Below, in pieces: positions 9,834-21,341 of a stretch of 64,000 nt of DNA (positions are counted from its first letter, which is position 1; the number at the start of each line of letters is the position of its first letter). This DNA comes from an uncultured Nitrososphaeraceae archaeon. GTDB taxonomy: Archaea > Thermoproteota > Nitrososphaeria > Nitrososphaerales > Nitrososphaeraceae. The translations under genes were made by a program, and so were the position numbers. The stretch covers positions 96,001-160,000 of the forward strand of contig CAVSMN010000009.1 in NCBI GenBank assembly GCA_963729045.1, given 5' to 3'. The notes beneath the pieces were generated by a model. It did not search any database, was not told the origin of the DNA, and saw nothing but the letters and a program-made list of their open reading frames with translations.

Positions 9834-11960
9834 CTAAGCTTTAGAATAGAATCCAGCTTTTCTTTCATAAATTTGACCATCGTTCATTGCCTTTTTTATG
9901 TGCAATTTAGCATCTGAATCACTAAATTTACCGGTTTTGACTAGTTCTCCAATGAACACATTCTCTTCAACGTCATTCTTTTCTTCTCCGGAAAGACTTG
10001 AAAATATCTCCATGAAAAGTTTTAGTTTTGATATTTCGCTGAAAGGTTTTCCATGCAATACACCCAGATCAACTTTACCAGTATTGACATCAACGCCTGC
10101 GGTTTCTAGCATTCTTTGAACTAGAAACAACGATCTTTCTGCATCTTCTCTTTCGACTTTATCTTTTAACAGCAATCTTGCGCGAGCAGTAGCAAGTCTC
10201 ACTAGGCCTTCCAATTGCCTGGGTGTAACGGTAATCATACTATCTGAATCAACATTTCTCATTTTCATATAATAATCACGAATAATATTTATCGCCTCTC
10301 GAGTCAGCTCGGGTTCAACAATTTGTTTAGCAAATGCCAAGTATTTACTGAAGAGATCTATATTAATAGCGGCTTGAGATGATTTTTGGGCATCCTTATG
10401 GATTTCTAAAATATGGCTGGCGATTTTACTATCCTTTTCTTTTTCTGGAAGATCGCGTATCACATAAACAAGATCAAACCTCGTAAGAAGAGGAATTGGA
10501 AGATTTACATTTTCAGTGATATTTTTATAAGGATCATATTTGCCATACATGGGATTCGCAGCGGACAGTATAGAGGTTCTCGCATTTAATGTCGCCACAA
10601 TACCACCTTTAGCAACTGAACAAGTTTGCTGTTCCATAACTTCGTGAAGGGCTGAACGATCCTCAGCTTTTATTTTGTCGAATTCATCGATACAAACCAA
10701 CCCTTGATCTCCAAGTACTACAGCACCTGCTTCAAGCATCATTATTCCGGATTTATCTCTCACAACAGCAGCTGTTAGTCCTGCTGCAGTGGAGCCTCTT
10801 CCAGAAGTATATAATCCCCTAGGAGCTATTTTTGCGGCAAATTTAAGCATTTCAGACTTGGCTGTTCCCGGATCACCAACCAATAGGACGTTTATATCGC
10901 CTCTTCTTGTTGATCCATCATCTAATTTTTTGGTAATAGACCCCACAATTAAAAGCAAAATGGATTCTTTTATGACTTCGTGTCCATAGATATGTGGAGC
11001 AAAGGATGATACTAGTTTGTCATAGATATCAGGTTTTTTTGACAAGATCAGTATTTGTCGTTCATCTTCTGCACTGATTGAAATTCGCTCCATTGATCGA
11101 GTTTTCTTATCTCCAGCCCTACCCCCAAGATATTCTATATTATTACCTTCCATTCGTAATCTAAACAAAGAAGTCTTTTGAGTGGTGGAATTTCCCGAAA
11201 CAAAAGAAGCTTCTTGATCTATTCTAATAATTCCTGTCAACATAATCCTATCCCCTGGTCTGCATTGGTCAACCAAATCACCAAGAATTGTCACTTCTAT
11301 ATAGTGAGGGAGTTGCCCTGCAGGAAGATCCTCAGGCAATTCTTGTAATCTAACCAATTGAAAATCGATAAATAGACTGCTTTCTACATCCATTTCCATT
11401 TCTTTTTCTGAGCAATTAACGCATCTTTGTGGTTTTTTTAAAGATAATCCCTTTAATTGTGAAAAACTAATTTGATTGCAATTTAGACATCTATAGGCAA
11501 TTCTTTTTCCTAATGGTTTAACTTCTGAGGAACGTACTACCATTCCGGAAACACCAAGTAACTTATTAATAACATCGGCATTTATGTCACGCAGTCCTTT
11601 TTGAACAGCGTAATTTCCTATTCTTACCCGAATATGCTCTCTAATCTCATTTGTATAATCTGGATGTATTTCCAATAGAACAGAAATAACGGCCTCATTA
11701 AAAGCCGAAAGCATTTCATCTGGATTATGTGTAATGTCCTTTGCAAGTAGTGGACTGAAACTATCAAAATCAATATAATCAATAGTAATAGAAGTTGATG
11801 ATGTCGCCATCATATTATTAATTTTATCAAAATACTTGTAATTACCGTCACGATCCTTAAATGAACGTAAAAAAACCTCCAATTCATTTGATAATGCAGA
11901 GATGGTTTGTTGTTCTTGTTCCTGCATATTTGATGGATTTGGAGGATCAGCATTACTCAA
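9834..11960 (-). CDS. mcm: Replicative helicase MCM
   Basis: GDPGTAKS Walker A, IDEFDK, AANP, LLTRFDL, TPRQLEGLVRL, C4 zinc finger. Confidence 0.98.
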   Translation of the reverse strand: MSNADPPNPSNMQEQEQQTISALSNELEVFLRSFKDRDGNYKYFDKINNMMATSSTSITIDYIDFDSFSPLLAKDITHNPDEMLSAFNEAVISVLLEIHPDYTNEIREHIRVRIGNYAVQKGLRDINADVINKLLGVSGMVVRSSEVKPLGKRIAYRCLNCNQISFSQLKGLSLKKPQRCVNCSEKEMEMDVESSLFIDFQLVRLQELPEDLPAGQLPHYIEVTILGDLVDQCRPGDRIMLTGIIRIDQEASFVSGNSTTQKTSLFRLRMEGNNIEYLGGRAGDKKTRSMERISISAEDERQILILSKKPDIYDKLVSSFAPHIYGHEVIKESILLLIVGSITKKLDDGSTRRGDINVLLVGDPGTAKSEMLKFAAKIAPRGLYTSGRGSTAAGLTAAVVRDKSGIMMLEAGAVVLGDQGLVCIDEFDKIKAEDRSALHEVMEQQTCSVAKGGIVATLNARTSILSAANPMYGKYDPYKNITENVNLPIPLLTRFDLVYVIRDLPEKEKDSKIASHILEIHKDAQKSSQAAINIDLFSKYLAFAKQIVEPELTREAINIIRDYYMKMRNVDSDSMITVTPRQLEGLVRLATARARLLLKDKVEREDAERSLFLVQRMLETAGVDVNTGKVDLGVLHGKPFSEISKLKLFMEIFSSLSGEEKNDVEENVFIGELVKTGKFSDSDAKLHIKKAMNDGQIYERKAGFYSKA

Positions 11961-12546
11961 TCTTTAACACCAGTTTTTTAAAATTAGACGTCATATTGTG
12001 GAAATTCTCATAGAGAAGTTTTTCTTCTGACGATAGCTTTTCTTCGAGTTCTGGCACTAAAGGAGAAGAAGCAGAGAGTTTGACTATCTTTTGTAGTCTA
12101 GAAGCTATGAATGGATTCAAAGATACTATTAATGATTCCCTATCTTTATCTTCGATGGTACGAAGATAATTATTTACTCGTGCGTAAAAATCTGGTTCTA
12201 TTGTAGATACCTCATGACTAGGTGATATTCTTTCTCGATTTAATGCTCTTTTAATATAAGATAATTGATCATCATCATGAATTTCTACTACACCTTGTTT
12301 GCTCAAAATAATAGAGATCCATCTCGGAACCGAAGTCATATCTCCTTCTTTAGCACTAATAAAAATAAGTGGTCTTATAGATATTTCAATATCCTTTAAA
12401 TATATTACTCGTACATCCTTTAGAAGATATTCTAGAGTAGAAAAAGTATAGAAGATTGAAATATCATCTATACCTGAAATTAAGTTATTTGCAACATCAG
12501 CATCAACTTCATCAATATCGTCATGTGTAGGCAGCAATGAATTCAC
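11953..12546 (-). CDS. GINS complex subunit (Gins23-type)
   Basis: Overlaps the mcm start; N-terminal beta domain (VPRWIS) followed by a helical domain (RLQKIVKLS, LSSEEKLLY). Confidence 0.8.
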   Translation of the reverse strand: MNSLLPTHDDIDEVDADVANNLISGIDDISIFYTFSTLEYLLKDVRVIYLKDIEISIRPLIFISAKEGDMTSVPRWISIILSKQGVVEIHDDDQLSYIKRALNRERISPSHEVSTIEPDFYARVNNYLRTIEDKDRESLIVSLNPFIASRLQKIVKLSASSPLVPELEEKLSSEEKLLYENFHNMTSNFKKLVLKIE

Positions 12547-12613
12547 AAAATGTAATTATCATTCTTAGTTAATAAAATTTCAATGTCGTATTAACGGTAT
12601 CCTCTACAGAGTA

Positions 12614-13675
12614 TTGAATAATTTTAAATTAGAAAAAGATGGACAGTACATAACGATGGAAAAACGGCACCAGGAGCAGAAGCCAGAGATTATTTCTGAT
12701 ATTATGTGGGTCGAAAAATACAGACCAAAACATCTAGCTCAAATAATTAATCAAAAAGAAATTGTAAAAGGCTTGGAAAATTTAATGAAGAAACCTAACG
12801 AATTACCACATTTATTGTTTACAGGATCTGCAGGGATAGGTAAAACTACCACAGCTTTATGCCTTGCAAAACAAATGCTAGGAGATAACTGGAAAAGAGA
12901 TACTCTAGAGCTCAATGCATCAGATGAGAGAGGAATAAAAATGGTTCGTGAAAGAGTAAAAGAATTTGCATCGATCATGAAGCTTTCAATAAATCAAGAA
13001 AAAAATGAGAAGCCCTTCAAGATCATTATTTTGGATGAAGCAGATGAAATGACCACAGAGGCTCAAACAGCTTTGAGAAGAATAATAGAAGATAGTGCTA
13101 GAACTACTAGGTTTATTTTTATTTGTAACTATCTTTCACATATAATTGAACCAATACAAAGTAGATGCGTCATTTTTCGATTTTCAAAGGTTTCTGAGGA
13201 AGAAGTAATTGAATATTTGAATGATATATGTAAAAAAGAGGGAGTAAAAGTCGAAGAGAAAGCACTTCGTAAAATATATGAACATACAAATGGTGATTTA
13301 AGACATTCGATCAATATATTGCAAGCTGCCTCAGTGAACGGAAATATAAGTGCCCAGCAGGTTCAAAATGCAATAGGTATATCTGGAAAAAGCATAATAG
13401 CTGAAATAATAAAATTAGCCATTAATTCCAAATTTAATGAGTCAAGAATAAAACTATTAGAATTACTATATGTTTATGGAGTTTCAGAAACAGATTTTCT
13501 AAAATATGCCAATGAAGAGATTTATAAGCTTGATCTGAAAGATCCCTATGAAATTTCATCTATAATTGCAGAATACGATTATAGACTTGCAAATGGTGCA
13601 CACCCTGAAATACAACTCGCAGCCTTTTTAGCACAATTAGGCAAGATAAATTTGAAAAAAGACAAATCTAATTAA
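12614..13675 (+). CDS. rfcS: Replication factor C small subunit
   Basis: WVEKYRP, GSAGIGKTT, ELNASDERG, ILDEAD, QSRC. Confidence 0.97.
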   Translation: MNNFKLEKDGQYITMEKRHQEQKPEIISDIMWVEKYRPKHLAQIINQKEIVKGLENLMKKPNELPHLLFTGSAGIGKTTTALCLAKQMLGDNWKRDTLELNASDERGIKMVRERVKEFASIMKLSINQEKNEKPFKIIILDEADEMTTEAQTALRRIIEDSARTTRFIFICNYLSHIIEPIQSRCVIFRFSKVSEEEVIEYLNDICKKEGVKVEEKALRKIYEHTNGDLRHSINILQAASVNGNISAQQVQNAIGISGKSIIAEIIKLAINSKFNESRIKLLELLYVYGVSETDFLKYANEEIYKLDLKDPYEISSIIAEYDYRLANGAHPEIQLAAFLAQLGKINLKKDKSN

Positions 13676-13944
13676 AAATCATCCTCAAACTCATCGCCAC
13701 CATCCTCTTCTGTAACATCATCGAAATCTTCTTCGAATTCTTCACGTTCTTCCGCGGTCTTATATGGGATATCCGCTTCTCCTAAGTTTCCACAAACTGG
13801 ACACTTAAATTCAATTGTTTGACCCTCAAGGTCTAGTAGAAATTCTTTGGTGAAGACCTCATCACAGTTTGAACAAACAAGAGTAGTTTGTATATTTTCT
13901 TGAGTGAATTTATGCGACTGTACCCGAAAGATTGTGTTCACCAT
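13672..13944 (-). CDS. Small Zn-ribbon protein with acidic tail
   Basis: CSNC...CPVCG and a D/E-rich C-terminus. Confidence 0.75.
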   Translation of the reverse strand: MVNTIFRVQSHKFTQENIQTTLVCSNCDEVFTKEFLLDLEGQTIEFKCPVCGNLGEADIPYKTAEEREEFEEDFDDVTEEDGGDEFEDDF

Positions 13945-14034
13945 ACTTATTTTACCTATAAAGAATCGGTCTTTATTATAACCTTATCTTTTTATAAATC
14001 TAAGGTTTTTTAACAAAATAACTATCTAAAAATA

Positions 14035-14844
14035 TTAACTCATGTCCAATAATTTATGCATTTGTGGAATCACTCTTACATCTTTATAAAAACTACAAAC
14101 TTCATCATATATTTTCAATATTTGCTTAGTTGAGGGAGAGTCAAATTGATAGCTAGGCTGGAGTGTTAGACCACTCAAATTGCTAATATTTGGACGCTCA
14201 AAAACTCTAGAAAGCAAATCTCTAACTTCATTTAATGTTGTGGAATTTGTAAATACGATTTTTATAAATGAAATTTTATCGCTCCTATTTAAAGCGATAT
14301 CCAAACAGCTTAGTTCGTTTTTTAAAAGATTTTCATAGGATTTGGATTCGATTACTTTTGAATCAGATGTTTTAAATTCAACTTTACAAATATCAAAATA
14401 AGGCAAAACCAATTCAAATCTTTTCCAATCAAAACAAGACGATTCCAGATATGTTTTAATCTTTAATTCGTTTTTAACAAAATCCGCAAGGGCAATCAAA
14501 GATTGAGTTTGTAATAAAGGTTCTCCTCCAGTAAAATTGATTTTATATAGGTTTGGTTGGAGATGTTGAAGGATAAGATATTTAGCTTCATTAATTGTAT
14601 AACTTTTGCCGCTTGTAGGCGATAGAGAGTATTTTGTATCACACCAATGACATTTGAGATGACAGCCTGAAAAACGTATGAATAGAGTCTTTGTTCCTGC
14701 AAGAATACCCTCGCCTTCAATGCTTACAAACATTTCATTTAATTGAACCTTGTTATGTTTGTTGGTAACAGAAAGACCGTCATCATGATCCACATAATTA
14801 TCAGCACCGTTATCATTATTGATTTTTGGATTAATAACTGACAT
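14035..14844 (-). CDS. queE: 7-carboxy-7-deazaguanine synthase (radical SAM)
   Basis: SIEGEG, FIRFSGCHLKCHWCDT, TGGEPLLQ, VIPQMHK. Confidence 0.93.
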   Translation of the reverse strand: MSVINPKINNDNGADNYVDHDDGLSVTNKHNKVQLNEMFVSIEGEGILAGTKTLFIRFSGCHLKCHWCDTKYSLSPTSGKSYTINEAKYLILQHLQPNLYKINFTGGEPLLQTQSLIALADFVKNELKIKTYLESSCFDWKRFELVLPYFDICKVEFKTSDSKVIESKSYENLLKNELSCLDIALNRSDKISFIKIVFTNSTTLNEVRDLLSRVFERPNISNLSGLTLQPSYQFDSPSTKQILKIYDEVCSFYKDVRVIPQMHKLLDMS

Positions 14845-15562
14845 AATTTGTTTTATCCTCCAAACCAGCTTTCAAAATTGCTTGTTTTCGATTCATGCAA
14901 GACTCACAAATCCCACAATGATTTGAAAGGTTAGTTTTTTTATCGGTAGATCCCAAATAACAGCTCCATGATTGAAAAATCTTGTCGCCCAATATTTCAT
15001 AGCCTATCAAAAGCAATTCAGATTTACTTAAGTTATCCATGGCGGGAGACCAAATATGAAGCTTTTTTCTTATCCCCAATTTAATTCCATCAATTTCAGA
15101 CAGATAAAGTACTTTTTCCAGAGAACGTGTAAAAGAGGGACGACAATCAGGGTATCGAGTATCTCCTGAATGAGCACCGTATATTACCAGAGGAATATTT
15201 AAAGAAGTTGCCCACACAGAAGCAAGAGTCAAAAAAACAGTATTTCTTAAAGGTACTACCATACTATAGTCAAAAGTTGATGGAATTTTAGATTTGGATC
15301 CGGTCAAAATATTTGTTTTCCCAAGCAAGGTTTTTAGAAACGATATGTTAATTATTTCGTGTTTTTTACTCTTCAATAATTTTGAAAAGCGCTTTGCAAC
15401 GAGCAATTCATTGGATGCGCGTTGTCCATAATCAAAAGAAATCAAATACAATTCTAATCCCATTTTTTTTAGATACGCAGCTGTGCTGATAGAATCCAAG
15501 CCACCACTAAATATACAAACAGCCTCAGAAAAATTATGAATGGGACTAGATTTTTCTTTCAA
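14831..15562 (-). CDS. queC: 7-cyano-7-deazaguanine synthase
   Basis: FSGGLDS, FDYGQR, VPLRN, YPDCR, WSCY, HCGICESC. Confidence 0.95.
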   Translation of the reverse strand: MKEKSSPIHNFSEAVCIFSGGLDSISTAAYLKKMGLELYLISFDYGQRASNELLVAKRFSKLLKSKKHEIINISFLKTLLGKTNILTGSKSKIPSTFDYSMVVPLRNTVFLTLASVWATSLNIPLVIYGAHSGDTRYPDCRPSFTRSLEKVLYLSEIDGIKLGIRKKLHIWSPAMDNLSKSELLLIGYEILGDKIFQSWSCYLGSTDKKTNLSNHCGICESCMNRKQAILKAGLEDKTNYVSY

Positions 15563-15584
15563 TTATGATTACTACCCTCATTCA

Positions 15585-16163
15585 CTAATGTAAACCTGAC
15601 GATGATGCTGCTGGAGCATTGTCATCAGTGTTCTTAAAATATCCCACTAATCCCCCTATTCCGTATGAAACTGAAATCATGACTCTAGTAGAAAAAAGTA
15701 TCATCTCATAATGATCTGTGTAATTATAATAAATTGTAACAACTAACAAAGATGAAAGGAGCAACGCCCCAGTTATCAATTGTTCGATACTGAAAATTTT
15801 AGAATATTTTTTTAAGAATAGGAAAGTCGAAATGTTACCCAAGGATAAACCAGTAAGCAATAGAAATGGATAATATTTTTGGAAAAATGGGATCAAAAGA
15901 AATGGTAGAGCCCAGGTTAAACCATTTATCAATTTTATAAGAAATGGCCAAGAAATACTTGTTGAGACCCGGTCTCGAAATACTTTTCGCATTGATAATA
16001 TAGGTTTCAAAAAAAGTAATAACGAGACAGCAAAGCAGCCTATCCATATGATGTAGTAATAGAAATAACTGAAATTATAAACAAATACTATATGTGATAA
16101 AATCGAAGATAATCCAAACCACACAGATATAAAAAAAAATATGAATGAGAAGACCCTGGTCAT
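15585..16163 (-). CDS. Hypothetical membrane protein
   Basis: Several hydrophobic segments. Confidence 0.7.
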   Translation of the reverse strand: MTRVFSFIFFFISVWFGLSSILSHIVFVYNFSYFYYYIIWIGCFAVSLLLFLKPILSMRKVFRDRVSTSISWPFLIKLINGLTWALPFLLIPFFQKYYPFLLLTGLSLGNISTFLFLKKYSKIFSIEQLITGALLLSSLLVVTIYYNYTDHYEMILFSTRVMISVSYGIGGLVGYFKNTDDNAPAASSSGLH

Positions 16164-16381
16164 TCACTTTAAAAAACTTCACAGAGTATATAATTTAATA
16201 AGGTAATCCTAAAAATATGTAACCTGTCAGAAAAAACATGAAGGCCTGTAAATTATGCAATAAAGTAAAATTTTATTCTATTAATTATTTATTTTCTGAC
16301 ACTTTGTGCAATGAGTGTTATATAATCCTGAAGGAAAAATCAGCCAAGGAAAGGAAAAATCATTCCATTTCCTAAGGCTAA

Positions 16382-16783
16382 TTACTCCTGAACATATCCA
16401 CACTTATTACAAAATTTAGAAGAATATTTGATTGTACCGCCACAATTAATACAGTATTTTTTTTCAATATCTCCAGATTGTTTAGTGTTTAAAGTGTTTT
16501 CATGTTGTGTAGAGTAAAAATCTGCGATAGCGCCAGTGGGTTTAAAGGTCTCATCTATGTCCGGAAGGTACCTAGAAGGAGGAGAGGACATCCCGGTCTT
16601 TGATTCGGATTTTTCTTCCAAGTATGAAAGTAGACGGGGAGTAGGTGTATCTGTTTTCGAATCTTTGATTTGTTCACCCAACCAAATCGCAAATTTTTTT
16701 AGCGTCATTTCAGGTGTGGAAAAGGTTAGAGAATGGGTGGACATGTAATCTTCAGTAGCCAATCGCCCATTAAAGATTTTCAT
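16382..16783 (-). CDS. Zinc-ribbon domain protein
   Basis: C-terminal CINCG...FCNKCG; likely start MKIFNG at 16783. Confidence 0.75.
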   Translation of the reverse strand: MKIFNGRLATEDYMSTHSLTFSTPEMTLKKFAIWLGEQIKDSKTDTPTPRLLSYLEEKSESKTGMSSPPSRYLPDIDETFKPTGAIADFYSTQHENTLNTKQSGDIEKKYCINCGGTIKYSSKFCNKCGYVQE

Positions 16784-16812
16784 AATATATACTAAAAAAT
16801 TGTGTTTATTAA

Positions 16813-17462
16813 TTATTGTGAATTGCCGCATTTATTACAAAATTTTGCTTGTTTTGGAATTGACGCAGCACAAACAATACAGTTTTTTTTCAACCCTTTT
16901 GAATCAGGTGAATCTTGCTTAGTAATTATTATATCTACTGGTTTATAGGTAGGAACTTCTTGCGGCAATGGGAAATCGTATTCTTCACTGGTGGAAGATG
17001 GAGCCGAGGGGTAAGTGGGATGAGAGGGGAGGAGGGGGGGGGGGAGGAGGATCCCGCATGACCGCCAGCAGATATAAAACCATCTACTCCAAAACCACCG
17101 CTACTACCAGTACCGCCACTACTACTACCACTATTCCCTGATCCGGATGGATAAGAGGAGGGAAAAGTAGAGGGTGAGGTAGAGGGTGGCGAGGTACTAG
17201 ACCGTTCACCTTTGCCTTTTGTAGAACCAGTTTTATCGAGTGCTGTTTTAAGTTCGAGAATTACACGACACGCTAAAAAATTTAAGGCTGAAGAAGATAC
17301 AAGGAATTCACCCATTCTTGAAAAATATTCATTACTTTCCATTTTTCCTTGTTTAAATAACTGAGTTGAATCAAAAAAAGATTCATAATTATCTTGAGTA
17401 TCATTAACTAATTGTTTTAGTTTCTCGATTAAGAGACCCAGTGTATCCACTCCAAAGGACAT
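16813..17462 (-). CDS. Helical N-domain + Ser/Gly/Pro linker + zinc-ribbon protein (frameshift near poly-G at ~17033-17044)
   Basis: ORF 16935-17462 continues in another frame as KKNCICCAASIPKQAKFCNKCGNSQ* ending at 16813. Confidence 0.7.
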
Positions 17463-17587
17463 TACTTGAAAATGAATAAGAACAAATTTAAATTTATGTA
17501 ATTACTGCAACTATAGATAGCAATCTATGATAAAATTATACTTGACAATATTATCATCTTATAAAAATAATTCTGGGTGAAATAGTT

Positions 17588-18916
17588 GTGAAATTTTTAG
17601 AAGACAATTCAGATTTTGGGATAAATCCATTAGATAAGAAATACAAGGTATTATCAGGCAAAAATTTTTTTGTATTATGGTCTAGTTTAGGCATTGGATT
17701 ACTGGTAATTTCCGCAGGATCATTTATCTCCTCTTCAAATTTATCAGAAGCAATTATTGCAATAATTGTAGGATCTATTGTAGGCTCGGTATTATTAGCC
17801 TTAGCAGGCAAAATAGGTAGTGACCATTCAATTCCTTCAATAGTTAGCATGAGACCAGCCTTTGGTCTGCATGGCTCATATTTTCTTACAATCTTAAATA
17901 TCTTTCAATTAATAGGCTGGTCGACTTTTGAGATAACAATATTATCAAAAGCTGCAAGCATTTTTAGTAATGGATATATTGATTTTTATATTTGGTCGAT
18001 CGTTTTTGGAACAGTAATCATCCTCTTTTGTATTTTGGGACCCTTAAAAATAGTTAAACAATGGTTAACCAAGTTTGCCGTCTGGGTCGTATACGGTTCA
18101 ACAATCATCATGCTCATAAATATAATATTGGGTGCCAACAATCTAGATACAGCCAGTTTATTAAATTCAGGTTCTAGTGAATTTAGTTTTTTTAATTCTC
18201 TAGATTTAGTCATTGCTATGCCATTATCATGGCTACCTCTGGTCGCAGATTACAATAGGTTTGCTAAAAAAAGCAAAAATGCTTTTTTGGGAACATTTAT
18301 TGGATTTTCAATTACAAACTGTCTTTTTTATGTAATTGGGCTCTTATTAGGCATTAGTGACATATTTGCAATACTACTTGCAATTCAAACCTTCTTTTAC
18401 GGATTTGTCTTGCTGGTATTAATCGTAGATGAAGTAGATAACGTTTTTGCAAATATTTTCTCATCTGCAATGTCATTTAAGAACATATACAACAAAATAA
18501 ATTACAAATATCTTGTTGTTTGTTTCACAATAGTAGGAGTAGTACTGTCCAATTTAATTCCAATTTATCAATATGAAAACTTTTTATTGATAATAGGAGC
18601 ACTATTTGCCCCCCTTTTTGCAATTGTTTTGACGGATTATTACATCATAAGGAAGGGGCGAATATCTGTCGAGAAATTCTATGAAAAAAACAACAAGTTC
18701 AAAATATCAGCCTTTTTTTCATTTTTCGTTGGAAGTATTACTTACTTTATTCTCTCCCCTATTTCGCCGCTTCATGTAGAGGATTTTGCACTAAATATAG
18801 GTTCAACGATTCCAAGTATAGCAATTTCGATTTTAGTCTTCTTAGTAATAGAACTTTTAATAAAAAAAGTTAAATTGAAAAATAAAGAATATTCTACAGA
18901 CAAGAAAATTGAGTAA
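17588..18916 (+). CDS. NCS1-family purine/cytosine/hydroxymethylpyrimidine permease (CytX-like)
   Basis: Multi-pass membrane protein, RPAFG, IGWSTFE, AMPLSWLPLVADYNRF. Confidence 0.85.
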   Translation: MKFLEDNSDFGINPLDKKYKVLSGKNFFVLWSSLGIGLLVISAGSFISSSNLSEAIIAIIVGSIVGSVLLALAGKIGSDHSIPSIVSMRPAFGLHGSYFLTILNIFQLIGWSTFEITILSKAASIFSNGYIDFYIWSIVFGTVIILFCILGPLKIVKQWLTKFAVWVVYGSTIIMLINIILGANNLDTASLLNSGSSEFSFFNSLDLVIAMPLSWLPLVADYNRFAKKSKNAFLGTFIGFSITNCLFYVIGLLLGISDIFAILLAIQTFFYGFVLLVLIVDEVDNVFANIFSSAMSFKNIYNKINYKYLVVCFTIVGVVLSNLIPIYQYENFLLIIGALFAPLFAIVLTDYYIIRKGRISVEKFYEKNNKFKISAFFSFFVGSITYFILSPISPLHVEDFALNIGSTIPSIAISILVFLVIELLIKKVKLKNKEYSTDKKIE

Positions 18917-18930
18917 AAAGATGATGTAAA

Positions 18931-20182
18931 ATGTCGACGTTGAAAAAGAGAATAGTAATCCTGGGTGCAGGCTATGCGGGGATTTTTCTTAGTACTAACC
19001 TTTCATCAAAATTAAACAAGGATTCAAATGAAATAATACTGATAGATAGAAACAATTATCATCAGCTAATGCAAGAAATACATCTAGTAGCATCTGGTTT
19101 TAGAACTGCAGACCAATTGAAAATTCCAATCTCATCCTTAATTCAAGGGAAAAATGTACATTTTATTCAAGACGATATAAAGAGAATAGTTCCTGACAAG
19201 AGTCTTATATCTTTGAATTCAGGAGATATCAAATATGATGAATTGATAGTTTGTTTGGGATCTTCTACAAAATACTTCAATATACCAGGTGCTGATAAAT
19301 ACACCCTTCCTATTAGATCAATATATGATGCTTCAATTATTCATGATCACATTTCAAAAATAATTAATGAAGAAAATAAAAAACACAATATAGTAATAGT
19401 AGGAGCCGGGGCCACAGGTATAAGTCTTGGGAGCGCTTTGGCGGAGATGATAAATGCTTCACCAAATAAAAGCAATATTAAAGTAAACATAATCGAGGCT
19501 ACCTCAACTATCTTACCTGGATGGGATATCAGAGTCAAAAATAGAACTGAAGAGATTTTAAAAGACAAAGGTATAAGGATTTTCCATAACTCACTTGTGG
19601 AAAGAGTAGAAGAACAGTACTCTATTTCTTAAGGATGGTCTAGAGATTAATTCTTCATTAATAATTTGGACAGCAGGAGTAAGAGGATATAACATAGATA
19701 TAGAGCCTACAATCGACAAGACCAATGATGGTAGAATAATAGTTAATGAATATTGCCAAACTAATCAGTATAAAAATATCTATTCGATTGGTGATTTGGC
19801 AGCAATGAAAAACTCTAAAGGGACATTATATCCTCCATTAGCACAAATCGCAGTAAGGCAAGCACGTTATTTGGCAGACAACATAGCAGAACACTATATC
19901 AAAGGAAACAATCCAAAAGAAAAATTTGATTATGAAATAAAAGCTCAAATAATTTCTGTAGGGAGTGATGAATATGTTGGATTGTTAAATAATTATGTAG
20001 TGAGTGGAGATCTTGCAAAGATGATTGATGAATTTACCAAACAAACGTACATGAAATCGTTGAAGACTGGAGGGAAAAACATATCTGTCAATCTATATGA
20101 AAATGACTTTTTTTCGCAAGTGATGGCAGGTATAACCTTCGCTGGATTCACATTCTTTAAAGGTTTAGAAAAATTGGCATAA
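18931..20182 (+). CDS. Type II NADH dehydrogenase-like FAD oxidoreductase (frameshift at ~19612)
   Basis: GAGYAG and GAGATG dinucleotide motifs; IWTAGV and IYSIGD occur in the frame of ORF 19796-20182, followed by PPLAQIAVRQA. Confidence 0.85.
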
Positions 20183-20420
20183 TACTTTAAGATAATAAAA
20201 GATACTCTAATTTTTTCTCTCTTTTGTTTGCTATAATTAAGTGGCAATTCAAAAAAAATAATACAAACTTAGTTTTTCATTTATTTGGATTCAAAACTGA
20301 GTAACAATAGAATTGACTTCTATCAATATTAATATCAATTAATATCAATATCAATTTAGTATTTTAAATTCTCAAAAATCTCAAAAAACAGACAAAGAAA
20401 AAAATTGACTCGATGGATCT

Positions 20421-21331
20421 TTATGGATGTTTATGTTCATGTTCATGTTCGTGTCGATGTTCATCAGTGTGTAAGTGGGGATGTGAGTGAGACACACCGC
20501 CATGACTATGAGAATGATATATTTTCTTAAAGACAGCATATAAAGCCGTTATTCCAAAGGCCAAAGTAATAAACATGACGATGGTGGGACCAGATGAAGA
20601 ATCCAAAAAGAAACTAGCATACATGCCACAAAAAGATGCAACCGATCCTATGATAATAGATAGAAATACAACACTTGAAAAATTATTTGATAACATCCTA
20701 GCAGAAATGGCTGGACCTACTATTACTGATGCAAGTAATGTTACTCCAATTGAAGACATTGAAACAATAATTATGGTAGCCAGGACAAATGAAAAAAGTA
20801 GTTCGATATATGAAGTCTTAATCCCACTTATTTTAGCACTTTCGTTATCAAAAAAGGAAAAAACTAAGCGCTTATGGAGGAAAAAAAAGAAGGCGCCTGA
20901 AAGCATTGTTACGAAACAATAATATAAAGATCTTGTTCGGTAATGGCCAAAATATTTCCAAATAAAAGTGATTCGAAATTCCTGGTATACCTATTTGTAA
21001 TGCTTACTAGTAACACTCCAAAGGCAAAAATAGCGGTGGTAACCAGCCCTATTGCAGCATCAGGTTTAATTTTATTTCTTTTGCTTATTTCATATATCAC
21101 AAAAGAGGCCAAGTAGCTCCAAATAATTGCTCCAACATAGTAATTCAAACCTACAATACTTCCCACTATTGCTCCTCCAAAAGCAGCATGTGAAAGTCCA
21201 TGACCAACATAACTTAGTCCTCTTAAAATAATATATACTCCAGCTAAGCCACAAATACCCCCAAGCAAAACTGAAACTATAACTCCCTTAATAAAAAATT
21301 CATATTGAAATGGTAACAGAAGATCAATCAA
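20421..21331 (-). CDS. Metal ABC transporter permease (ZnuB/MntB family) with His-rich C-tail (frameshift at ~20914)
   Basis: GHGLSHAAFGG, LFGNIL, SGPTIV; two ORFs joined by one missing T. Confidence 0.88.
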
Positions 21332-21341
21332 ATGATCTTCA

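Noticed and set aside
3806..13314. Numerous short antisense ORFs within the ABC ATPase, dnaJ, dnaK, mcm and rfcS (and similarly in ureC, the chaperonin and sufC)
   Set aside because: Opposite-strand shadows of well-supported genes with no motifs of their own
14035..15562. queC-queE as a 7-deazaguanine DNA-modification (dpd) defence system
   Set aside because: No dpdA-like gene nearby and the context is core genes; archaeosine precursor synthesis is the simpler explanation
17470..17587. TPP riboswitch upstream of the CytX-like permease
   Set aside because: No GCTGAGA-type core motif visible
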